DNA of 64,000 bases from Tubiluchus corallicola (lineage: Eukaryota; Animalia; Priapulida): contig JAQGDQ010000141.1 in assembly GCA_030141605.1 (NCBI GenBank), positions 434,001 through 498,000 on the forward strand, read 5' to 3'. This document shows, piece after piece, positions 1-39,760 of this stretch. A program made the position numbers and the translations under genes. Each line of letters starts with the position of its first letter. Position 1 is the stretch's first letter. The notes under the pieces were generated by a model. That model saw only the letters and a list, made by a program, of their open reading frames with translations, was not told where the DNA came from and did not search any database.

Positions 1-732
1 TTAAATTTGACAACAATTGATGGGGGAAATTAAAAATGATTCAAGCAAGTGCTTTGAAAACCTTATTTAGTCTGAGCGGTGTTAGATTGCAGTTTCGGTG
101 GTTCTTTTTTAAGGCACTCACATCGCCCAAAGCAGAAATGTTGTTGAAACTGAGTCTATTTAGTCACATACTCAAATTTCACTACATATTTTGTTTGCTC
201 CATTTTTCTGCACTGCCACTAGTTCTTGCGTTGCATAGTATTTTATCATTACGCTTAATTTGACACGATTGCATATATTTGCTTCATTATATTTTGTTTG
301 AGTTTATTATACATATTTTGTTTCTTTCACTGATTTATTATATTATGTTTTTTTCGGTTTGACTTTTTTCTAGTTTTTTGTTTTAATCGGTTAGTTAAAT
401 GCTTTAGATATTTTGTTAATCATCATTTCATAATTTTCATTTTATTTCTTTGTTGCATAACTTACTTATTTATTTCGCTTTCATTTTTAATGTATCCCCC
501 ATAAATTCATGTTAACAGCAGCACCAAAAATTTTTTACAAATTTTCACTAACCCGAGAAGGGTAGCTGACTCGATGACCAATTGGTCTTTCGCTGCCCTT
601 TCTCTTGCACCCCCTTAACTCTTTCCTTTATGCTTAATTTATCCTTTTTAATCAATAACTAAAAAAAAATAGTCAATTTGTATACAGGTGTAAATGAGAA
701 GTTAAATAAAAATGTCTATGTCTATGTCTATG
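1..732 (+). mobile_element. LINE 3' end with (TCTATG)n tail
   Basis: AATAAA followed by gtctat repeats at 706-732; the terminal ~170 bp resembles the reverse complement of 34815-34985; decayed Zn-knuckle-like sequence near 120-200. Confidence 0.55.
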
Positions 733-829
733 AGTGAAAGCAAGGCTACAATCTCTACCATCTACGCTACTAAAAAAGTACTATCTCTGATAATGAATGA
801 CTTAACCAATAGGCAATACCCCTGTTCAT

Positions 830-2820
830 CTCAAAGGTTTTATGTTCAACTGCAATGGCTGTGTTAATAGACTTAGTGATTTCTTCAATTTCATTAATAA
901 TTATAAACATGAATTTTTATGCTTATGTGAAACCCAGTTTTCTGAAGATAGATGATAGTGTAATTTGTCCTCAGCATTACTCAATTTTTAGTGCTAATCT
1001 CTGTGTCAGTCACAGCCGAAACTGTTGCTGTTGAACTCAAAACTTCTTCACAAGATAGTCTTAGTGTTGCTTGCATATATAGATCTTGCAATAATAACTG
1101 TACTCATACATTTGGTTATTTTGAAATCAATATACTTGAAGAAATTAAATATGCTATTTCTATCTACTATCAAAATGATGTTATCATTTGCGATGATTTT
1201 AATTTTCCAAAATTAGTGTGGCCTGACCCTGTTCCTCTTAATGATTTTGAGTGTATGTTTATTAATTCTTTACATGATAACCTGCTTGCTCAGTTATTTC
1301 ATTTTCCTACTTGCAAAAACAGTTGCCTAGAATTAGTCTTTACTAACTGTCTTGAATGCATTACGAATTGTTCTCCTTGGCATGGATTTTCAACTATTGA
1401 TCATGACACTAGCATTTGTTTTGATATTGAGTACAAATACCAAAAACTTGTAACTAAACCCTGGCGTGACTTTAATCGTTCTAAATTAATTTTGTTATTA
1501 GTTTTTTTTTTGAAAATATTGACTGGAAAGCTCACTTTCACAATTCTGACATTATTACTTGTTGGAATTACTTTTTGTCTGCATATAGTGAAGCAGTTAA
1601 CCAATTTGTACCCTTAAGAGGAACGTCTGCTTAACAGCGTAAGCTTATATCTTTCCCTTGGCTAAATAATCCCATTGTTACTAAAGCAAGAACTCGCAAA
1701 TGCAAATTATAGTTAAAATGGAACTATTCTAATCTTAACAAGGTTCATGCTGAATATACTCCTGACAGGAATTGAAATCAGCTTTATGTTCTGCTCGCTT
1801 GCAATATGAGGAACGTCTTGCATATTGACTAAGCAAGAGTTTTACTGTTATAGTAAGCATTTCCTTAAACCTCCTAATTATATTACTATTATTAATGATC
1901 ATCAACATGTTATTTCAGATCCTATCACAGTTGCTAATACTATTAATGATTCTTTTGCTTTTTTCTTCACTAATGAACCTGATGATGGTCCCTTACCAAC
2001 TCCCTTGTCTTGGAATATTGATAGTATTTCCTGTGTTGAATTTACTGTGAATGATGTCTATGATAAACTTTCCAAACTTAAACCTTTTAAAGCTGTTGGC
2101 CCTGATAATGTTCACGGTTTTATTTTTAAATCATGTGCCTTACAACTCTCATTACCTCTTTTTCTTCTTTTTCGCAAATCCTTGGAGTGTGGTATAGGCC
2201 CTCAGGACTGGTTAGATTGTAATGTTACCCCTATCCCCCCCAAAAAAACTAGCATCAACTTTTCATGTGGCGACTTATGCCCTATTTCTTTATTTTCTGT
2301 TGAAACAGTATGTAACAGTGATTTTATTATAAGTATACCATATCTCAACATTTGTTTATGAAAATAATTTTGCACACAGCTAGTTTATGTAGTATTTAAT
2401 ATGTGTTGCTTTGCCAATGTACATTGTATGTATTTGTGCAAATAAAACTGAATTGAATTGAGTTATCTCTAAATGTCTTGAATCTCTTTTCTCCTATCTT
2501 CTGGCCAATTCAATAATAATCAACATGACTCTTTACCGCAACACTCCACAATAACAAATCTTCTCAAATGCTTAAATGACTGGTCCCAATTCTTTGATGA
2601 CCATTCTCTCCCATCAATTGACGTTCTATATCTTGACTTTAGAAAAGCATTTCGTCTCATGTTGAAAATGGAATTTGCAGGTGTAAGAGGGAAACACACA
2701 GAAAGCAAAGAGTAGTTTTAAATGGTGTAACCACTTCCTGGAGAATGTTACCAGTAGCATTCCTCAAGGGACTTTGTCAGGACCTTATTTTTTTCTTATT
2801 TTTATCAATGATGTTACTGA
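830..2820 (+). mobile_element. Decayed CR1/L2-group LINE ORF2 (APE endonuclease + reverse transcriptase)
   Basis: ACIYRS, IICDDFNFP and LELVFTN (APE); KAVGPDNV, PQDW..VTPIP, VLYLDFRKAF and FLIFINDV (RT); many stops and frameshifts; interrupted at ~2301-2461. Confidence 0.88.
2301..2461 (+). mobile_element. Short retroposon 3' tail with (AATTG)n inserted in the LINE
   Basis: Breaks the RT frame between SLFSV and VISKCLES; AATAAA + aattg repeats; related inverted copy at ~47870-48020 (shares ttgccaatgtacatt). Confidence 0.6.
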
Positions 2821-2980
2821 CTGTTGGCGGCTTAGCATTTTTGGCAGCCTGGCACTTAGCAACGGGGCAGGAGAGGGGGAAGGTTTGGAGTAGGAAAGAG
2901 GTAGAGTGTGGGCAGTGGGACTGATACAGGAATGTAGTAGGATGTGAGAGTACCACCTGAACTGCAAGTGCACCCTTAGT

Positions 2981-3535
2981 GTGTCAACACCATACTGTGG
3001 ATTAGTAACTGAAATAGGCACATGGCCACTAAAACATAAAGTCAATTATAGGAGACTAATGTTCCATTGGAATTTCCTTATTAGTGAACCAAAGAGATTA
3101 GCACCAGAGGTGCTAGAAATGCAAATAAACAATGCACATAAAAAGTCATGGTATAATGAAATAGTTGAGGCTGCAGAAAAATGTACTATAGATGCTGATA
3201 AGGAAAGGGTGAAGGTCATGAAAGAATCTGAATGGAAAAAAGAAATAAAGAGTAAGATTGAATGTTTTGTAAAGAATGAATGTGCAGAAAAATGCAAGAG
3301 CCACACTAAATTAAGATTTCTAAAACATACCAAGTGGAAACGGCAAAATTACGTAAACATATGCAAGCCAGAAAAGGTTAAAGATATATTGGAAATAAAA
3401 CTGAATATGATAAAAGTTAAGGGAAATTACAAGAATGAGTTTAAGGACCAGTCATTATGCCCAGTGTGTAGGGAAGAGGACGATACTACTAAACAGTTGC
3501 TTAAATGTGGCAGATATAGAGAATGGAAAAAATGA
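2981..3535 (+). mobile_element. C-terminal ORF2 fragment of a second non-LTR retrotransposon family
   Basis: STPYCGLVTEIGTWP, EWKKEIK, TKLRFL and a terminal CPVC..QLLKC degenerate Zn knuckle, typical of post-RT regions of invertebrate LINEs. Confidence 0.7.
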
Positions 3536-4489
3536 TGAACAGTGAGAAAGAAGAATTGTTAGAAGTCAGAAATCTAATGAGAATGCGTAGAATACAAGGT
3601 AAAGACAAATAAAGACATGAGAGAGGGAAAAGACAACCAAAAGATCAGCGTTACCGAAAAATAGACTTTGCACCTCATAATGGTGCATACCTTTGATAGG
3701 TGGAGAGAGTTGGGCATCGCAGTTGGAAGGTGCGGAACATCGGTCTAAACTAACTCGAACGCTAGGGCACAGAAAAGACGCTTGCCTCCAGTTGCTGTCT
3801 GACTGAACCATTTTATGTGTGACTCAATCCGTATGCCTGCAGCAAAAATAAATTCTTTGCCAGATTCAGATTTTAATGCCAATTGTTAGTATTGTTCCAT
3901 GTTTTGTGGGTTTGTCCTTTTTTTGTTTTGACTTTGTTGATCCCTGATTGAATTAATTTGATTATTATTGTTATTATTTACCTTTATTATTTTGTTGCGT
4001 CATTCATTAATCGTTTTAGTTGTAGCCAAGATTTTTCTTCTTGCTTATCGATTTTGGTTAATTGCGGTATTCACAAGTCTTTTTTGCCCCTTAAATTGCA
4101 TTCTTTTGCGTATATTTATGCATTTAAGACTCTGTGTATTTTTTTTGTTTTTAATTTATTCTTTGACAATTAATGCCACTGTTTCGTTGTTTTTTCTGTT
4201 TTGTTGATTTTGTTACCTGCAGCAGCACCATTCGCTTTTAATTTTGTTGAACTTATCTGTATGAAAGGACAAGAGATTTGATAACGCTTTGGTCCTCCCT
4301 GTCGTGCTCTATGACTGTAATTATCTAACATTTAACTAACATTGTTACTGTAAACGATGTTGGAGAAAATAAATGGTCTGTTCATGTACTGCTCGTTTCC
4401 ATCTCTGTCACACATGGTGTGGTCCTATATCTTTTTGCTGCCATTGTTATTCACTAGGCAAAATTGGCGGCTTATTGTAAAAGAAAAAG

Positions 4490-31843
<27,354 letters not shown>

Positions 31844-32892
31844 ACGAATCAGTCAAGTGGTCATAGAGGTGTACAGAATGTGTAATATCCTTTTTTTAAT
31901 TTGTATCTCATCGCAGTGCCAGTTTTCAACTTGTATTTTTTATTTACTTTTGTATAAAAGTTTTTTTGTAATTTTTAGAGGTTGCTTAAAGTTTCTTCCG
32001 CGTTATTGTATCAAAATCGGTTAGTGATTTGTGTGTCTGCTCATTGCTTTATTTTTGTTTGCTGACATGTCTAATTAATTACCACTCACGGTTTACTTCA
32101 TTAATGTTCATTGTAGAGCTTAGCTTATTTTTTTATTTTGGCATTCTTGTGTAATTACACTTTTGATTTGGTATGTAACAACTGACTGTGAATTGTTTGT
32201 TCGTAGTTGAAGAGTAGGCTTTAGTTAAAAATTGGGTTATTCATGATGTTGGTTATGCCATTTGTCGTCGTCTAACTACCAGCAACGAATATCATCTCTG
32301 AAAATATCTTCCAATTTTTGTTATCATTCCTCTTTGATAAAGTCACTGCTGAGTGTAAGTTGTCTTGCTCGATGGAAAATGCACACTCCCTCCCTGTAAA
32401 TGTGTAAATTTATTACATAATATTTTTGTATACCTTGTATAAAATACAGTAAATAATGTACCATCAATACTAAAATGTTTTGTATTCATTGTTTTTTATC
32501 TGTGCTATGACCGCTGCCATGTGTGGCTGGAGTCGGAGGATAGTAGCTGTTTCATATTGCAGAGCTTCTTCGTTTTGTAGTGTACTACCCCTGTTCAAAT
32601 TGAATTGTAAGCACTTATAAACGCTTCCTGTAGCATTTAGCAATTGTATCAGTTTCATGGTTTATTTTTGTACTCAGGAAATGTATATATGTGTATAGAT
32701 ATCAAAAAGTGTGGTAGCATCAATTTATACGTCTTAACGTAGTGTAACAATAATGTAACTTGGTGATGTGCCTGTGCAAGCAAGCAAGCAAATGATGTGT
32801 TGTGAATACATACTTGTATATCCAATTGTATATCTGTAAAAGAAAAGTTTTATGATTTATCCTTCATCACTAGGATAATTAACTGCATTGGA

Positions 32893-33216
32893 CAGGACTG
32901 GATTATGACCCTTTGAGGACCCCAGACTAATGAAATTAAGGAGTCCCTTTCAATGGAGCCACCTTGGTATATTTTAGCAGCATTTACATAGCTTGAAGTA
33001 AACTTATTGCAAATTCTTTAAATGAACTAGAATAGCTATCTTCTTTTGTCAGTTAAAGTATTCTTTAAAAAATACTATTTTACTACTTATCACAAACCAA
33101 GTTAGCACATGTTTCGACACAGCTGTAGTGAAAAAATAGATTTGTACCAAATGTTGCCAAAGCTTGAGGGACCTCAGGCTGCAGCCTATACTAGCCTATA
33201 GGGTAATCCGGGCCTG
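32893..33216. mobile_element. hAT (Tip100-like) MITE
   Basis: caggactggatta..taatccgggcctg; right end like that of 29316-29717; TSD 6/8. Confidence 0.6.
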
Positions 33217-33547
33217 GCGTAGGAAACAGTCTCTTTGGATGAAAATGCTTTACTGTTTTTGCAAAAAGCTGCCAACTTTGCAAGATAAAACTTTATTCCT
33301 CCTGGTAGGTGTACGTGTTTGTTGACAATTATGCTATGTGAAATTATTGCTACATATAAGTTTGATAGGCCCTACGCATTGTGTAACTGTTTACTATATA
33401 TATATATGTATGTATGATGTATTTTCTTAATTTTGAAACCAAAGTAAGCTGCTTTCGTTCATTTGATACACTGTTCCTAGCAATTTGTTTTTGATGAAAG
33501 CATTTTGTTTAAATGATTTTTATTTGGTTTCTTTATAAGAAGCTTGA

Positions 33548-34215
33548 AGGACAAGAAGAAGGGTACCTGAAGTAGGTTTCAGAAAAATCGCCTTAAAAAT
33601 TATATTACTTTATAGCAATTTATGCGTTTATCTTACACTGAAAGGAATTTTAGTTTGTTTTCATTTTAAATCTCCCGCAATACTGTTCTGAAGTCGCCAT
33701 TACATGACGTCATGTGCCAAACGTAAATCAAGGGAAGAAAGAGCAATGCTGAATTATGTCTCAAAAGGCTTTCCGTGCAAATCTATATTACCTAGATTTT
33801 CGCTTACCTGCTAGAAAGACTTATGTAACTAGAAAAGAAAATTATTAATTATGTAAAATGTTTTCACCAATTGGTAAAATGTCGCTGACTCACCCTCCAG
33901 GGTGCACCACTCACTAACCAAAAAACGTATTTTTAATCTTATGGACAAGATACAGCAATTTTAAATTTTATTTACTTAGTGACTTGTGCGCTACGAATGC
34001 TCTGATTATTTTTTCAAACTTTACAAACTGTTGTTTCAAACGACCTGTCGTGAAAATGGCTGTGTCTAACGGTCATCGCGGGAGTTTAAATTTACATGTT
34101 TTACACAGCGTTATTGCCGATTGAAGTCCTGTATGCAAAAAGGCAGTATGTAAGCGATATAAAATTTCAAAACGAATTTTTCAAGCTTTATGTTTATGAA
34201 GGGTTTTCTTGTGCT
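33548..34215 (-). mobile_element. Kolobok-type family 1, copy D (inverted, full length)
   Basis: Near full-length reverse complement of copy A; flanks TTGA and TTCA (decayed TTAA). Confidence 0.85.
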
Positions 34216-34814
34216 TTCAAGATTTTGTCTTGTATTAAAGCTTATTTACTGCATTTTATTGATTGATCTAATGTGATTTGTTTTGTTTTTTGATTGAATT
34301 TTGTTTGTCGAACTTTCATGATCCTTCATGCAGCTCCTCGGAATTCGTTCTTTACGTCAAAATATTGATGCAGAGTTTGGCACCTGTAATTGAATGTCTA
34401 AACCATTTCAATTTCCTCTACGAATTGCAGCTCAAAATTTACCTTCGAAGCAAAAATCGCAGTTAGTTTGAAATCATTCCTTCACAATTCAGAATTGTGA
34501 AAAGGAAGGCTTTGCTAAAGTCTCGCATTTCTTATCTTTCAATCTTACTTTTCAAGGTCATAGAGACCTAGAGCTGTGCCTTCTCAAACGGATTTTGGTT
34601 CGTGAAAAAGGAACAAAAGCAGTTTCGAAGCATGCCTATGGTGAGGTTTAGGAAGACGGGAAAAGAAATCGTCTTCCTGGGGGATAGATAATCCATTGAC
34701 TATCTTGTGACAGTTGATGAGACCAATGGTATGTTTCCGTTGCTGGAAAGTTGGTACTGTGAAAAGATCGACATCCTCTGCTAGCCTAATGGTGCTTAAA
34801 ATGTAGCGTACTGT

Positions 34815-34985
34815 GACATAGACATAGACATTTTATTTATTTCCTCATTTACACCAGAATACAAGAAGACTAATATTGTTAGGGTTATTAATTAAAAAGG
34901 ATAAATTATGCATAAAGGAAAAAGTTGGGGGTGAGGGGTGCAGGAGAAAGGGTAGCGAATTGTTGTTGGCATCCTTCTGTCTCGG
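34815..34985 (-). mobile_element. LINE 3' tail, same family as 1-732
   Basis: (CATAGA)n, ttttattt and tcatttacacc mirror 560-732. Confidence 0.65.
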
Positions 34986-35399
34986 AAGACAATGGAGTGT
35001 GCGCCAAGAGAGTCAGTTATTGATCACATTGATCATGTGCTGCAGAGTCGACTGTGGCTGAGCAGTGCTATCCTTGAACCACTGGAATGGCCTCTCCAGC
35101 GCGCACGCCTGGGCAAGGTGTACGGAGATCCTGAGTTGTCCAGACAACAGAAACCCCCTCTCTTCCTCCCAAAGGAAAGCGGAGTGATACGTCTGGCACC
35201 AGGTTGGTTGCAGGAGCTGCCGGAGTCAGTGAGCATGCTGCACTGGTCCGCCTTCCACTCCTGATTTGGAAGGTTTACTCCTCTACACATGGCCGTTGGG
35301 TCACTTGACCTCCTCCGCCCTCTAGCCATTGGCTGTTTGTGCAGCTCCTCTGCCTAGTGTCGAGATACAGTGTGGGCATCCCGTGTGTGGTGCGTGCAG

Positions 35400-35700
35400 C
35401 GAACTGTGGTGACCAAACTATTGATATATACTCAAGAAGTGTATGTACTACGCACACTTGATTTATGAGAACTAAGTGGAAAGATTACGAAGTCTTTCCT
35501 GAATGACATACACCATTTAATCATACCAGTAGGTTGATTTGCGTATGAGATGATGTTGCTCGCGTGCATGAGAACGTTTGAATGATTTTAGCACCAGTAA
35601 ACATTTACTGCTTGAGGATGTGGTTCATTTTTCCAATAGATTTACAGTGTAGTTGAATATATGACGTGATCTGCATTAAACCGTCGTTATCTGATAGCGA
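35400..35700 (-). mobile_element. Decayed CR1-like RT C-terminal fragment
   Basis: HTLLEYISIVWSPQF motif (compare VRPxLEYxxxVWSP). Confidence 0.55.
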
Positions 35701-36019
35701 CTTTAATTGCAATAATATGCGTGGATAGTATTTCCTAAATAGGGGATATGTTTCTTAGAATTACGAGTAATAGAGAAGAAATTGAGAACATCAATCGATA
35801 TCATATTTTTCGAGAATCTTACTATCCAAGTTCAGTATGAAGGAAAGATGAGCAGAGCATTTCTCTCCATGAGGGTGTTTCTCATGGTGACTGATTAAGC
35901 CTTGTTCTTTTCACATTTTATCTTGATGTGAAAAGGATGATGACTGTATGCCTTGCGAAGAAGTAAAAAATGTGCACATATGTTAATCCCGCTACCGGGC
36001 AACCTTCAGACTAGACACG

Positions 36020-36700
36020 CTAACTGAACATAATTGTGCAGCATTGCAAGACCTTCAACTTTAATTTCTATTCATTAACGGATGATATCTCTATTACTAG
36101 CAACTGACGTCGAAAAACTCATCAAAGTTAAGAAAACAATTAGCAGACGTTTAGAGAAATATATCTCAAGTCAGTAATGCAAAGACGAAACAATGCCTGG
36201 AGACGACAATTCATGGGAAAGGGCGAATATCTCGGCAGCTTGTTAGACACGGACGCTAAGCCTCACCGCTGAAAATTTTAGCATTGTCTGCTAACTCAGA
36301 ACTCACAAAGGTTTTCGAAATAAAGTCTTTGTTTTTAAACCTAAAGGTCCGGTCCTTTAAACTTTAGTTGAACCTGTATTTTTGTACAATACTGAGCTAT
36401 GGATAACAAAAGTTGCGCAACAAAAAGAAATTTATGCTTTTAAAGGCGTCTGCAGAAAGCTTTTAGGTATCAAATAGCTTGATAAACTATCCAGTGAAGA
36501 TCTGTATGATGTGGTGAAGAAAGATCTTCAAATGAACAAATCCGTATAAGAAGACTGCATTGTATTTAATAGAAATCCACTAATGTTACATTCAGGAATC
36601 TCTTCTTCCTATAGCATTACGTAAAGCTCTTGAACCAACAATGAACCATAGTGTGTCAATTACTGATTTATATAGATATACCGCAAAAGGATTTAGCAAG
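36020..36700 (+). mobile_element. Decayed RTE-type LINE fragment
   Basis: TDD, EYLGSLLDT, LVEPVFLYNTELW and RKLLGIK..DKLSSEDLY across broken frames. Confidence 0.65.
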
Positions 36701-38186
36701 TACAACTCTAGATTTTAAGTCTCATATATAAAAGCACCCTCTGATGGTTAATCCATGTCATGATAGAGAGCTTGCACAGTCCAGTAACTGTCAGTGACGT
36801 TAAAGACAGCAACAACAGTGACGTTGACTGACTAACAAGCCGCCACTTGATAGTATAGCCAAGTCAGCGGCAGTCTGTGGCAGATTCATTACCTTATCGT
36901 GGATGTCTCATTCCACTTCCTCAGGGGGCGGAATAAGACCTGCATTGTGCTGAAAACATGGCACGTGGGTACGTTCCTGGCAAGTTCTGATCCACTTTAA
37001 ACAAATATTTGCCATTGGCCTTCCTTCCTTCTGATTTCAAGTCAATAAATCCTTGCAAAGTCGGGACAGTGAGATATTAATGAAATACCACTTGAAATCC
37101 GCATTTGTAGAAACTGAAATCGAAGCTGAATCCTCAAAAACAAGGCCAAGTTGCGTTCCAACGGACATTGGGCCATCCATAATGCAGCCCAGCATTTTGA
37201 AGCCAAAAGGAGAGCAAAAAGTGGCAAGATTTGACAAGTTCACTCACACCTTCCACTGACTCTCTAAGGCTATCTTTTTCACCAAATGTTTCATGCAAAG
37301 ATTGGTCTCCAGTGTTCTTAACGTCGTCACCACAGATGCTGAACAACGTTGGGAGAAACTTGAAAATGTTCGAATTAACATTTGAGCTAAATAGTGTGCA
37401 TATAAATGTTAAAATGAATACTGCTAAATATATATGAATGTGTATGTATAATCATGGATGCCGCAAAATGCGGTACAACTCATGATGAACGTTGAGTATG
37501 TGTAATAAGCTGTGCAAAGAGACTAATGTTACATTTTTTAAAATTGTTACAATTAAAATTGCATCTCAAAAAAAACTTTTGTAGAATTTTATTGAATGTG
37601 TAATCACCGTATGTTTTAAACCGATCAATGATGTGCTTATTTAACGTGTGCCACTATATATTTTGACCCTTTATATATATATATATATTTGAATCAAACT
37701 GATATATATTTTGAACTTATATGCTACTATAGACATTTTGAACATATTATCACTTGTTGAAGTCTATGCATAACTGCTGCTATAAATGGTAATATTTGCT
37801 TTAACACTTATAATATTTTGGAATTTATAATCTTTTAATATGATCAATATTTTGAGATTGGCATACCCGCGCCAACCTATTCATACATGCATTCAGATGT
37901 GTATAATATGCTTTAGTTTAGGTACTGTTATGTATTCATGATTGAACTATGTTCATGATTGAAGTCAATGTTCGGTGTATTTAAAGGTATACGATCATCA
38001 TACTATCCATTGGATGTTTATGCTGAATATTTAATTCTGTCAACGTAAAACCTATGTGAACAACTCAATAACATATGTAGACTTAAATTAGCCAGCCCCA
38101 AGACGATAAATTCTTTATTAGAAAGGGAAGAGTAAAAGAGGACCTGTTAAACGATGTTAAAAGCGTTAGACTATGATAGATAATTA

Positions 38187-38493
38187 TGCTGATGAATGCT
38201 GGCATGAAGCCCAGTAAAGGTGTGCTGTCACGTGATCAAGTGATTCAGAACCGAAGTGTACGCGTCGATGCGTCGAAGCTCTGGGCACGTGATATAAGCC
38301 TTGTGATGCGCCCAGCTCAGGAGATTGAGTCTGGGAGCTGAAGGAGTGCAGGCTAAATCAGGGGGCTTGGCATTACTATCTGTTATATTTATTGTGTTTG
38401 ATGTTCAATAAACATGTAGTTTTATAATCTGACTCTTCATAGTTTTGCCATCCCTGAAACACCAATAATCAGCTATACACAAACAACACAACA
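38187..38493 (+). mobile_element. Solo LTR
   Basis: TGCTG...CAACA ends, 5-bp TSD AATTA on both sides, internal TATA-like gatataa (~38291) and AATAAA (~38407). Confidence 0.7.
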
Positions 38494-39419
38494 AATTATT
38501 TTACTCCTGCGATACATTCCACGGGCGATTGTACTGAAACCTGGTGTGCATCAAACAGCCAAATAAGATCTCCAACAAAGGTTTTTACAGAAAACCAGCA
38601 AAAAAAACGTTTGATTTCCTCAAAAATACGCGAATTCAGTGGACTGGACGTGGTTCTGTTAGACATCTAGAAAAGTCCGGAAAATACTCTTCAACACATA
38701 GAGACCACGAGCGCGTGAGTTTAATTATGATCACCTTCTAATAATTTGATAATAATCGAGTCTTCCCTTCAACTCAAAGTGCGGCCCACAAGCTTTCCAT
38801 TTTCATAAGAGACAAACTTAATTCCACTCCTGATAGCATGCATACGGTTTCTTGTCCGTCTTGTCTATGGAATACAACAGCCTATTGCATCTAAATATTA
38901 TTTTTAGCATAATCACCAACATCCATCTGCTCAAGGTGTGGATTTAAAGCTTCCACTTTCACTGCTTTCCTTAAATCTACTAAGTGGTAACCATCCTCTT
39001 TCTCAATTTAATGCCATCTTCCTGTTTCCTGAGCAACCTGTTCAAATAGTTTTGGTATTAGTATCAAAATCGACCAGTTTAAATTCTTTTTTTTATTAAA
39101 GTGTTATCTCCTGTTAGCCACAGTTATATATACACACGCTATAGAGAGGAAAATGTGCAGACTTCGTTTTTTTTTGTAGTACAGTATCTTGTTTTTTGAG
39201 ATGCTACCTTTTGTTGATATTTGTTAAAAATGCGCGGAATGGCACGGCGTGGTTTGTGGTGTCTTGTTTTGTTCAAAGACCAAAGTAACAAAGGTCGTGT
39301 ATGATGTTAATAATGAGCAAAAACACGTTTTTAAGTTGTTCGTTTTGTAAATAAATGATCTGCAGAGAATCGCAGATTTTCTGTTGACAAAAGTGACTTC
39401 CTTTCTGGTCTATGCTAGT

Positions 39420-39760
39420 TGGGCAATTTCAATTCTGGATTGGTACTAGACGAATTATGTGCATGACATTAGATTGCAAATTTTCAGCTTTGCCAGTTAA
39501 ACAGCATCTAGACAATCAATGTTGTATGGATACCATTGGTAATATAGTTTGTCGTAGAAAGTACATGTGGTTATCATACTGGAGATGTGAAACATTATTT
39601 GCTCGACTGCGTTTTTTGCAGCGTCCAGAGAGTAATTGCAGTGCAATTGTGATAACTTGTATGCTCCTAATGTCGTTCCATTCAACATAAATTTCGTGAA
39701 TCCATGGCATAAAATTGCCACCATGTTGTCTGACAATGCATGACTTAATTATGATCAGAT
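39420..39760 (+). mobile_element. Decayed LINE C-terminal Zn-knuckle fragment
   Basis: TCGYHTGDVKHYLLDC reading at ~39563-39610. Confidence 0.4.

Noticed and set aside
991-3535. Host genes or an active LINE in ORFs 991..1617, 1825..2361 and 2981..3535
   Set aside because: These are fragmented retroelement ORF2 pieces with stops, frameshifts and degenerate catalytic motifs.
31844-32900. piwi polyadenylation site
   Set aside because: The sequence is U-rich like a 3' UTR, but only non-canonical hexamers (TATAAA, AGTAAA) were seen, so the site cannot be placed.
34992-35400. GC-rich ORFs on both strands
   Set aside because: No recognisable domain or splice context; they sit between LINE fragments and are probably repeat-derived.
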